Source of the DNA: Winogradskyella sp.
GTDB taxonomy: Bacteria; Bacteroidota; Bacteroidia; Flavobacteriales; Flavobacteriaceae
Length of the DNA: 64,000 nucleotides
Assembly (NCBI RefSeq): GCF_028282165.1
Contig: NZ_JANQIM010000037.1
Span: forward strand, 33,982 to 97,981
Direction of reading: 5' to 3'
Shown here: one piece after another, positions 16,975 through 25,357 of the stretch
Position numbering within the stretch: position 1 is the stretch's first letter
Layout of the letters: each line of letters begins with the position of its first letter
The notes under the pieces: model-generated
What the model saw: only the letters and a program-made list of their open reading frames with translations
Databases searched by the model: none
Told to the model about the DNA's origin: nothing
Translations under genes and position numbers: made by a program

Positions 16975-18543
16975 TTAATTTTCCTTTTCTGCCTTTTTCA
17001 ACTGATCAATTTTATTCTTGGCCTCTTTGCAATTTGGATCAATATCTAATGCCATTTGATAATAACGAATAGCATTATTGTAGTTTTCGGGTGTAAAGTC
17101 TACATAATAATTTCCTAATTCATAAAATGCTTTTGCAGATTGTGGGTTTTCCCTAGAGTTGATCCACAATAGAATACCTGTTTCCCTAGCACTTTTGGCC
17201 TCTTTTATATTAAAATCTCCTAAAGCAATATCTAGAAGTTCTTCTTCATCAAAAAGGGATAGTTTTTTGGTTGAATTAATTACATACTCGTAGTAATTAT
17301 TAATCGCCCCTATAAAATTACGTTTCTGTAAAAGCTTTGTAAATACATTGTTTTTTTCAGAATACTTATCGGTCTTTTTTGTAAAATAAATGGCTTCATC
17401 AAAATCATTAGTCTTTTTAGTTTGCTTTTGGAGTGATTTTAAAAGCGCAGGGTTATTCTTCAAAGTTTTATCCAAAAAAGCTTTAGAGAACTGACATAGC
17501 AATCCATAACTTGCTTCTATCTCGGCACCTTTACGTTTGTAAAATTCAACCAAATCAGGAGGAGAAGGCCTATCCATAGTCATGATAGCATCCGAGTTAA
17601 AGTTGCGATGCCCCATTTTTTGAAACTTTAGTAAGTAGCGTTCTGAATTTCCTTCTTTAAAAAAATTAAAATTTTGGTGATCTCCCCATGCCAACGTGTA
17701 TAGAAAAGGAATTTTTAATTCTTTACCACTATAGCCTTGAAAATTATCTCTGCCCATTCCGTCTTCATAACTAATCGTACCATCAAAACTGATAAAGGCA
17801 TCAAATGAATCGGGTTTTTTTACACTGGTTACAATGGCAGATGCCAATCCGCCCCAACTGTAACCAATCAATCCAACCTTATTAGACTTGGTATATGAAG
17901 TTTTTACTGTATCTAGAAAATTTCTTGTCCAAACAAGATCTTCTACGGCCGTTTTTAATCCTTCCAAATCATATGTCATATTGGGACCTTTGCCATTGGA
18001 TGGCATAGAAAAAATAACATATCCGTGACTGGCTAAATATTCAAATAAAATGGAATTTTCATAAATACTTCCTCCCAATCCTGGAGCATAAACGATTACA
18101 GGAAAATCGCCAACCGTTGGTTTTGCATCATTGTGCGCTAAAGTGAGATGTTCAAAATCTTTTGTAATGCTCTTTTCACTCCCACCCTTTTTTATTGCAG
18201 AATTCCTAAAATGATCGATAAAAGCCTTTTCTAACGATTTGTTGTTTCCAGAACCTCCGCCTAAGGAGTCTTCATAAGCTCTGGTAGCGATATATGCTTT
18301 GTATTTAATTGCTTGGTCTACTGACGTTACATCAGCAGGATACCAAACGCCTAAGTTCATAGGTCTTTCACTATCTCCCATTTTTCTGTTCGTATCGCTT
18401 TCAGTTAGCACTTTAAAGCCTACATTAAATTTTCCTTTTGACAAACCAGCCCAATCGTGTAAGGATTGGGAACTTAGGTGATTCGTAATTAAGATCGTTC
18501 CAAGGAGTAAAATCCATAATTTTATTCTGTGGTGGTGTTTCAT
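16975..18543 (-). CDS. secreted alpha/beta hydrolase (PAF-acetylhydrolase/dienelactone-hydrolase-like) with C-terminal TPR repeats
   Basis: 522 aa with a signal peptide, the nucleophile elbow GYSWGG, and a C-terminal TPR-like region (AFYELGNYYVDF..., AIRYYQMALDIDPN). Confidence 0.65.
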   Translation of the reverse strand: MKHHHRIKLWILLLGTILITNHLSSQSLHDWAGLSKGKFNVGFKVLTESDTNRKMGDSERPMNLGVWYPADVTSVDQAIKYKAYIATRAYEDSLGGGSGNNKSLEKAFIDHFRNSAIKKGGSEKSITKDFEHLTLAHNDAKPTVGDFPVIVYAPGLGGSIYENSILFEYLASHGYVIFSMPSNGKGPNMTYDLEGLKTAVEDLVWTRNFLDTVKTSYTKSNKVGLIGYSWGGLASAIVTSVKKPDSFDAFISFDGTISYEDGMGRDNFQGYSGKELKIPFLYTLAWGDHQNFNFFKEGNSERYLLKFQKMGHRNFNSDAIMTMDRPSPPDLVEFYKRKGAEIEASYGLLCQFSKAFLDKTLKNNPALLKSLQKQTKKTNDFDEAIYFTKKTDKYSEKNNVFTKLLQKRNFIGAINNYYEYVINSTKKLSLFDEEELLDIALGDFNIKEAKSARETGILLWINSRENPQSAKAFYELGNYYVDFTPENYNNAIRYYQMALDIDPNCKEAKNKIDQLKKAEKEN

Positions 18544-19000
18544 ACTCGCTGTTTTAGTTAAATTTTATTCTTATCACATACTCTATTTCTTAAAGCGTGA
18601 AAGAATTTATTCAAAGCCACTTTTTACCTTCTGAAAGGAGATATTATCTAATTTTTCAAAAAAAATTAATATCGAGGACTAGTTTCCATAAAAATAGATT
18701 TTTACAACTTACAGAAGTTCCGAAATTATAAAGTCCGACATTTTTATTTTTTAGATTCTATAGAACTATATATTCCTCCTATTCCAGGTGTTAGTTTCGT
18801 TGCTTTAGTTAGCCTGCTATTTATATAAGACTAAAAAAAACGATTTTGTCGCATTTAATTTTCATCTTTCCATCTAATTACATACCCTAAAGAAAAGATC
18901 ATCTGCAATGAGAGAATATTTATGGATATCTTCAGTTATATATCGATAAAAAACAATGGTGTTAGATTTTTCTCTTTTGTGTGGTTGAAATTACTTTCAA

Positions 19001-19008
19001 TATATTTG
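19001..19008 (+). promoter_or_regulatory. candidate -7 element TATATTTG
   Basis: Exact TAnnTTTG match, about 66 nt upstream of the ATG at 19075. Confidence 0.35.
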
Positions 19009-19074
19009 AGATAACTACGTTAGTACGAATCGTAAAAACTCTAATCAAAACTATTGTAAAACCAAAGACTACTA

Positions 19075-20181
19075 ATGGATATTAAGGTCAATTTGTACAA
19101 TATACTTATTGCATTCGGGATGCTTCAAAGCTTTATATTTGGCTTTTACCTTAGTTTTAGAAGTAAATTAAAAGGCGCTCAATTTTATCTCGGAATTACC
19201 GTTATATTTCTATCTTCTTATATATTTTGGGTACTGAAATATGACTTTGGATTTGAAAAGTATTTTCCTCATTTACGGCTTTTCCCTATTTTCTTTATTA
19301 GTGGTATTGGCCCGGCTTTTTATATCTATTTAAGATTTCTTTTCAATAAACCCATCTCTGGTTTTAAGATAAGACTGTTTTTTATCCCATTACTAATTCA
19401 ATTTGTTTACTACATTTCAACCATTGCAATTTATTGGGTTAATCATTGGGACTATAGAACATTTAATACGTTTGAAAGTACATGGGTGTTTAATTCAGCT
19501 TCTGTTGAACATTTATACGGACTTAGTTTTTTTGGGATCTTTCTATATAAGAGCTATAGATTAGTATTAAAATCCCATATGCTCTATGCTACAAATAAGA
19601 TTAAAACCATTCTCATATGCTTTATAATACTTTGGAGTATATGGGTTGTGTATTCCTTTTTTGACACCCTCTATTATGATTTTGCTTTCCCTCCTTCGGG
19701 ATTTTATCTTTTCTATATTTTATTTACCGCATTGACCTATGCTATCGGTTTTTTTGGATTTAAAATAAATAATGATACGTTTTTGCGTGTTGGGTTTAAA
19801 AGTGAAGCTAAAACAGAAGGAAAAACTGCCAATAAAGAGATGACTGACATATTTCAGAATATATTGGAATTAATGGCAACTTCCAAACCCTACCTAGATC
19901 CAAGTATCAATCTTACAAGTTTTTCAGAACAACTAAAATTGCATCCAAATAAAGTTTCTGCAGCTATTAACATTATGAGCAAAAGTTCTTTTAGAGATTT
20001 TATAAATACATACAGAATAAATGAGTTTATATCTAATAGTAGCACATATGATTTTGAAACAAAAACAATTTTAGGTTTGGCTTATGAAGTAGGCTTTAAC
20101 TCTAAATCTTCTTTTAATAGAGCGTTTAAAAAATTTACTAATTCATCACCAGTTGAATATTTACAGAAAATAAAAGAGTAA
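19075..20181 (+). CDS. membrane-anchored AraC-family transcriptional regulator
   Basis: 368 aa with about 7 N-terminal TM helices and a C-terminal HTH_AraC domain (LAYEVGFNSKSSFNRAFKKFT). Confidence 0.8.
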   Translation: MDIKVNLYNILIAFGMLQSFIFGFYLSFRSKLKGAQFYLGITVIFLSSYIFWVLKYDFGFEKYFPHLRLFPIFFISGIGPAFYIYLRFLFNKPISGFKIRLFFIPLLIQFVYYISTIAIYWVNHWDYRTFNTFESTWVFNSASVEHLYGLSFFGIFLYKSYRLVLKSHMLYATNKIKTILICFIILWSIWVVYSFFDTLYYDFAFPPSGFYLFYILFTALTYAIGFFGFKINNDTFLRVGFKSEAKTEGKTANKEMTDIFQNILELMATSKPYLDPSINLTSFSEQLKLHPNKVSAAINIMSKSSFRDFINTYRINEFISNSSTYDFETKTILGLAYEVGFNSKSSFNRAFKKFTNSSPVEYLQKIKE

Positions 20182-20278
20182 GTAGGTGTCAAAATGTAAA
20201 ACGCTACTTTGAAATGGCATAAAACAGTTACACTTGCAGCGTGATTATTTTAATAAATTAAAACTTTTGATTTTTATT

Positions 20279-21799
20279 ATGAGAAATACCGCTCTTAATG
20301 TAATTGCTTTACTTTTTCTAGTAAGCTGCACATCGTGTAAAGAATACAACAATGCAAGTGGAACAACTTCAAAATTAGATTCCATCTTAAATGTTTTACA
20401 TCAAAAAGAACAGTTTAATGGAGGGGTATTAATTGCAAAAGGAAATGAAGTGATCTACAAAAACACTTTCGGATATTCAACATTTGAAGATAAAAAAGCG
20501 TTAAACCTTAATACCGTATTTCAAACGGCATCTGTTTCAAAAACCTTTACAGCTGTAGCTGTTTTGCAACTGATTGAACAGGGCAGACTACAATTAGATG
20601 ATAAGTTAGTTGATTTTTTTCCGGAATTGCCTTATCCAGATGTTACTATACGCAATTTGCTTTCCCATACTTCTGGTCTGTATCCATACAACCCTTTATT
20701 TGTTAAACATTGGGATCATAATAAAATTGCTGAGAATAAAGACATTCTTACAATCTATCGAGAGCAAAAACCAAAGTCATTTTTTTCTCCTGATGAGGGC
20801 TATTCGTATAGTAATATTGGTTATGTCTTCTTAGCCTGCATCGTTGAGAACGTTAGTAAAGTCTCTTTTCAAGACTATCTAAAACAAGAAATCTTCGGTC
20901 CGTTAAAAATGGAAAATTCTCAGATCTATACTTTACTAAATAAAAACAGGATCGAAAACTTCGCTAAGGAGCATCTACTTGATCCCATTTCTGGGGCGTA
21001 TAAAAGTCCACTGGAATTGGATTATCAAAAGGAAGTTTATTATTTGAGTGGTAAGGTAGGAGATGACAAAGTAGCGTCTACATTAGATGATTTGTGGAAA
21101 TGGAATAGAGCATTGTTTACACATAAGATTTTACCCAAAGGAAAACTAGAAAAAGTATTTGCTTCCAGTATCACCCATATACCTGATTCTTTAAGACACT
21201 CACCATTTGACTATGGATTAGGGTTTCAGTTAGAACACCACGAAGATTTTGGTAAAATCATATATCACAATGGTGGTGAACCCGGTCTAAGGGCGAGGTT
21301 TTTGTATTACTCCGATCATGATGTTTCCCTAATTATGTACGATAATGCACACTCGCAATATATCAACAAGGTTAGGGACATCATTATTGGAACCTTGTTA
21401 GATAAAGAAATAGTGTTCCCAAAAAAATCACTGGCAACAGAATTGTATAAAGTTGCTAGATATGGTAACGACGAAGTACATAAGACTATTGAGAAGTATA
21501 AAGATTCACCGTCTTATTATTTAAAAGAAAACGAGATCAACCGTTTGGCAGGAGTCTTTTGGACAGCGGAAGATTATGAAAATGGATTAACTATACTAAG
21601 GTTAAATACAGAGCTATTTCCTGAATCAATTAATGCCCAATTTTATCTTGGAGAAGGATACATGGAAAATGGGGATATGGAAAAAGCAAAAAAACATTTT
21701 CAGATATCAAAAGATATCATGCTGGCACGCCCTAAAGAAAAACAAAATGCAAACTACTTAAAGTATCTAGATCAACTTCTTAATGCGAAAGAACAGTAA
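20279..21799 (+). CDS. serine hydrolase (beta-lactamase/PBP4-fold) lipoprotein with C-terminal TPR-like region
   Basis: The track ORF starts at a TTG at 20234; the ATG at 20279 gives MRNTALNVIALLFLVSC (lipobox). It has the SxxK motif ASVSKTF and YSNIGY. Confidence 0.8.
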   Translation: MRNTALNVIALLFLVSCTSCKEYNNASGTTSKLDSILNVLHQKEQFNGGVLIAKGNEVIYKNTFGYSTFEDKKALNLNTVFQTASVSKTFTAVAVLQLIEQGRLQLDDKLVDFFPELPYPDVTIRNLLSHTSGLYPYNPLFVKHWDHNKIAENKDILTIYREQKPKSFFSPDEGYSYSNIGYVFLACIVENVSKVSFQDYLKQEIFGPLKMENSQIYTLLNKNRIENFAKEHLLDPISGAYKSPLELDYQKEVYYLSGKVGDDKVASTLDDLWKWNRALFTHKILPKGKLEKVFASSITHIPDSLRHSPFDYGLGFQLEHHEDFGKIIYHNGGEPGLRARFLYYSDHDVSLIMYDNAHSQYINKVRDIIIGTLLDKEIVFPKKSLATELYKVARYGNDEVHKTIEKYKDSPSYYLKENEINRLAGVFWTAEDYENGLTILRLNTELFPESINAQFYLGEGYMENGDMEKAKKHFQISKDIMLARPKEKQNANYLKYLDQLLNAKEQ

Positions 21800-21808
21800 T
21801 TAAGACGT

Positions 21809-23257
21809 TTAAAACAGGAAATCTTTTAACATGGCAAACAATTTGTTTGCCTGATCATCAGAATTAGATAATATCACTATTGTGACGTCTATCGTAGGAA
21901 AATGGTAGGCAATACTGTTAAATCCCGGTATGCTTCCCGAATGTCCCCAATACGATTGATCTTTATATGTATTGACTTCAAACCCATTGTTATACCCTTT
22001 CGTTTCAATAAAACTAAAGTGTCTAACGGTTCTTTGACGCATCATATTGGGAGTTGTTTCCTTAGACATTAAACCACTGGCGACGAACTTTATAAAGTTG
22101 AAAAGATCATCAGATACTGTATACATCCCTCCTGCTGGTGAAGACACTGTATTAGAAAAAAAGTCATTGGGAAATGTGGCTTCACTTAGTCTCTTCTGTT
22201 GAAACTCTACGGATGCCTTTAAGCTATCTACAACAGGATAAACCCTCGTATATCCAGTGGCTTTTTTACTTGTGCTTTGATACTTATTAACTGCTAAGGT
22301 TTTGGACATATCGGCCGGTCTAAAGATATTTTTTTGAAGAACGCTTTGATAGGAATCCCCAGTTACTTGTTCTATGATGAGTCCCAACAAGAGAAATCCA
22401 GTGTTACTGTAGAAATAAGCCGTTTCCTCAAGTTTTTTGACTGACAAATCCGCGTAATCCAACAAGTCATGCCAAGATTGTAAATCTGCTTTTGAGCTTA
22501 ACCAAAATTCACTTGAGAAAAAAGTCTTTAAACCAGAGGTATGATTCAATAAATCGGCTATCGTTATTGTAGGATCTAATGACAGATTTAAATAGTTCAC
22601 AACCGGATCGGAGAGCTTTAATTTACCCTGTGCTTCCAGTATTCTAATAGCAACACTTGTAAACATTTTTGAGGATGAAGCCATATTAAACTTTGTGGAT
22701 GCGTCTACAGGGATTTGAAATGATTGATTAGCAATTCCGATGTTTTTTTGAAAAAAAGATTGACGAGAGTCACCGATTGTTACCGACATTGAAAAGCCCT
22801 CTATATTCAAACTGTCAAGTACCCGATTTAAATAGTTGACGATTTCCTGCTGCGATTTCCTATTAGGATTTTTAGAGTTCCAAGTGATTTCCGTTTCACT
22901 CCAACCTCTTATTTTACCTGATGGAAGCGTATTAATAATCAGTCCCAATGAATTTTTTGGATTATGCAGTAAACCAGCAATCTTCTGCCCATCATTGTAT
23001 TGGATATCGATTTTGAATGGCTTAGGCAGATTTTCATGTAATTGCATACTCATGTTTAGAACCTTGTCAACAGTCATAAAAGAGATGAAGTCATCAGCAA
23101 ACTCATCCTTGACAAACTTTTGAATAGTACTTGTTTTACCACTTTTAACAGAAGTGATCCAATCTATAAATAAGGTTTCTAGAGTTTCTTTTTTTGTTTG
23201 TGAATGGCTAGTAAGGCAAATGGTTAGACCTATGACAAGCAAGACTATGTTTTTCAT
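21809..23257 (-). CDS. serine hydrolase (beta-lactamase fold), secreted
   Basis: 482 aa with a signal peptide, the SxxK motif ASSSKMF, YSNTGF and HSGSIPGF. Confidence 0.8.
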   Translation of the reverse strand: MKNIVLLVIGLTICLTSHSQTKKETLETLFIDWITSVKSGKTSTIQKFVKDEFADDFISFMTVDKVLNMSMQLHENLPKPFKIDIQYNDGQKIAGLLHNPKNSLGLIINTLPSGKIRGWSETEITWNSKNPNRKSQQEIVNYLNRVLDSLNIEGFSMSVTIGDSRQSFFQKNIGIANQSFQIPVDASTKFNMASSSKMFTSVAIRILEAQGKLKLSDPVVNYLNLSLDPTITIADLLNHTSGLKTFFSSEFWLSSKADLQSWHDLLDYADLSVKKLEETAYFYSNTGFLLLGLIIEQVTGDSYQSVLQKNIFRPADMSKTLAVNKYQSTSKKATGYTRVYPVVDSLKASVEFQQKRLSEATFPNDFFSNTVSSPAGGMYTVSDDLFNFIKFVASGLMSKETTPNMMRQRTVRHFSFIETKGYNNGFEVNTYKDQSYWGHSGSIPGFNSIAYHFPTIDVTIVILSNSDDQANKLFAMLKDFLF

Positions 23258-23439
23258 TGGATAGCTATAAAATTTGAGTCCTAATAATTGGGATGCTACT
23301 ATTAAGACTCAACTTTTAGAAAGTGTCTCATTTTTTTTTAGACTATTTATTGTTTGAAGACAGGCTTTTTCTCTTATGGATAGAAATAGTGTTGGGAAGG
23401 TTGTGGGTTAAGTTAATTTTAAACGTGTGGAAGCGGTTA

Positions 23440-23458
23440 CTTATAGGCATTATTACCT
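23440..23458 (-). repeat. attC-like half-site F (cttataggc-att-attacct); partner arm not confidently found
   Basis: It closely resembles the right half of site D (cttatagcc-att-gttggtc). The reverse complement of its box (aggtaat) matches the left box of site A (aggtaaa) at 6/7 positions. It overlaps the stop codon of the 320-aa gene. Confidence 0.4.
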
Positions 23459-24415
23459 TGCGTTTTTCTTTCCTGGTGTTATCACAACGATATTCAATTC
23501 TGTGTTGTCTATTTTAATATCTTTTGTTTCAAGACCAATTAAATGTCTATCGTCTTTTGGTGGTATGAACAGTATTCCTTTTGTAATTCCACTTGCAGAA
23601 AGATAAGTTATCAATTGATTTAATCCACTGTCAATAGCTCTTCTATCTTCAGTTCTCTTGAGTTCAATAATAATACTATCCGTTTTCGATTTGACGATAA
23701 AGTCTGGTCTCAACTTTAATCTCTCTCCTGCTTGCAAAAGAGGTTCAACTTGTATATCAAAATCACTGTCAGCTGCTTTGATATATGCTTCTATTTTACC
23801 AATCAGTTCGTATTCATTCCTTATATCTCTAATCTCTGGATTATCATGTGAAAATTTCGCAAGTATTCCAGAGAGTTTTAATAAGTTGTCTTTTTTGGAG
23901 TAGTTCTTAATCTCACTCTTAATGTCTTTATTTGATTGTTTTAACTTCTTTGATTCAGCCTGAAAAGCCAACTTTTCGATTATTTGATTCAATAACAGAT
24001 GAATAAAAGCTGAGACACTTATTATTGCTAAAAAGGATTCGCTATGACTGAAAAAAAGTTTATGGTCGTGCGTTGATGGGTTTCTCCACTTTTGTCGATA
24101 GTTGGTAAATTGTTCTAAGACACGTTCTTTAAAAATTTCATTATCGGTTAAGTATTTTTCGATTTTGAATGGTGTCAATTCACTTGTATCAGTCTTTCCT
24201 GTTAGATAGACGTATGCTTCTTTGAGCATTCCTTCAAATCCTTGATTTGTTCGATATATAACATCAGTAAAATACGCTTCATCCTGGTGTTCTATTCCTT
24301 TTTCAAGAAGAAATTCAGCACGTTCAATATGTGTTAATACTGAGTTAAGACCAACCAGTTCCTTTCCATTAGAAATCTGCTTAATTTGTTCTTTAACTAA
24401 TTTCAGTATATCCAT
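23453..24415 (-). CDS. two-domain protein: N-terminal helical domain with HEPN-like Rx4H motif + C-terminal PD-(D/E)xK nuclease-like domain
   Basis: 320 aa. WRNPSTHD fits the Rx4-6H HEPN signature within a helical ~140-aa domain. The C-terminus YELIGKIEAY...LRPDFIVKS..SIIIELKR...QLITYL fits the E...D...ExK...Q PD-(D/E)xK layout. Confidence 0.5.
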   Translation of the reverse strand: MDILKLVKEQIKQISNGKELVGLNSVLTHIERAEFLLEKGIEHQDEAYFTDVIYRTNQGFEGMLKEAYVYLTGKTDTSELTPFKIEKYLTDNEIFKERVLEQFTNYRQKWRNPSTHDHKLFFSHSESFLAIISVSAFIHLLLNQIIEKLAFQAESKKLKQSNKDIKSEIKNYSKKDNLLKLSGILAKFSHDNPEIRDIRNEYELIGKIEAYIKAADSDFDIQVEPLLQAGERLKLRPDFIVKSKTDSIIIELKRTEDRRAIDSGLNQLITYLSASGITKGILFIPPKDDRHLIGLETKDIKIDNTELNIVVITPGKKNAR

Positions 24416-24438
24416 ATTCTTTATGTGTTCTTAATGCA

Positions 24439-24516
24439 AGGTAAAGGTTCAGGCTATGATTTCGTTGTGACACGAGTTCAGCGAACTGGCGTTAGCAATT
24501 ATAGCCATCGTTGGGC
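24439..24516 (-). repeat. attC-like site A
   Basis: Plus strand reads aggtaaa|ggttca|ggctatgat...attatagcc|atc|gttgggc. Its arms are homologous to those of site D. Confidence 0.55.
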
Positions 24517-24525
24517 ATAGTAATT

Positions 24526-25176
24526 TTACTCTGGTTTGAAATCTTTAAACTCTTGGTTAACTTTTCTTTCTTTTAAAGATAATTCTGTCGATAGATTGGT
24601 TAATAATTCATTGTATGCTTCTCGAATATTCATTCTTGAATTCAAATCATTACTCATATTTTTGACAAATGCATCATCCCATGACTTAGACCAGCTAACT
24701 TTTCCGATATAAAATTTTTTATGTGTCCAAAACTCTGATTTTATTTTTGCATCTGCTCCCATACCGTTATAAGTTTCAAAAGCATTTCTCATGAAGTTCT
24801 CATAAGACTCAAAAAATTTCTTGTTAAATAATGGTTCATTGGAATACATAATCTCATCACATAGTCTTTTATTCATAATTATTTTTTCCGGACTAAGTTC
24901 TTTCCATTTCCCAACATAGTAGATATAACTAAATATTTCATTAATTGGGATTTTTATTTTTTTGTAAATTTCAAATCTATGTTCGTATATTCTCTTATTA
25001 TTCTCCATAATAGATTTGTTTTGACGGATAATGTTTTCCTGATATTGCTGTGATTTTTTTAGATCATTATTTATAATATACGTTAATATAAAAAGACTAA
25101 TAGGTACGAATAAGCTCACTATTAATTTTGCGATTTCCAGACTATTCCAAACTTTTTTATCACTTTTTCCATTCAT
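24526..25176 (-). CDS. hypothetical protein with one N-terminal TM helix (cassette-borne)
   Basis: 216-aa ORF with an IAKLIVSLFVPISLFILTYII TM segment. I recognise no family. Confidence 0.5.
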   Translation of the reverse strand: MNGKSDKKVWNSLEIAKLIVSLFVPISLFILTYIINNDLKKSQQYQENIIRQNKSIMENNKRIYEHRFEIYKKIKIPINEIFSYIYYVGKWKELSPEKIIMNKRLCDEIMYSNEPLFNKKFFESYENFMRNAFETYNGMGADAKIKSEFWTHKKFYIGKVSWSKSWDDAFVKNMSNDLNSRMNIREAYNELLTNLSTELSLKERKVNQEFKDFKPE

Positions 25177-25196
25177 TTTTTCTTAATTTTTATTAT

Positions 25197-25350
25197 GCTC
25201 AACGATCTCGTACATAAGTAGTTATAGACTTCTACTCACAAACCTTTAGTCTCGATAGCTATCGGGATCGGGATTGCACTGACATTTTAATTTATGTTTA
25301 TACTATCGTTTTAGCACTTAAACTGCTATTATTAATACGCATTGTTAGGG
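25197..25350 (-). repeat. attC-like site B (long, ~154 nt)
   Basis: Plus strand reads gctcaac|gatctc|gtacataag...ttaatacgc|att|gttaggg. Arm pairing is weaker than in sites C and D. Confidence 0.5.
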
Positions 25351-25357
25351 ATAGTAG

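Noticed and set aside
23258-23452. A complete sixth attC-like site downstream of the 320-aa gene (candidate arms agctataaa at 23263 and a gttggga box at 23391)
   Set aside because: Arm complementarity is only about 6/9 and the spacing and box rules are not met. Only the right half-site F is reported.
23323-23517. 64-aa plus-strand ORF at the left edge of the array (and, similarly, 29192..29389 on the minus strand at the right edge)
   Set aside because: These are short AT-rich ORFs that overlap the ends of better-supported genes (the 320-aa gene and fumC) and have no motifs.
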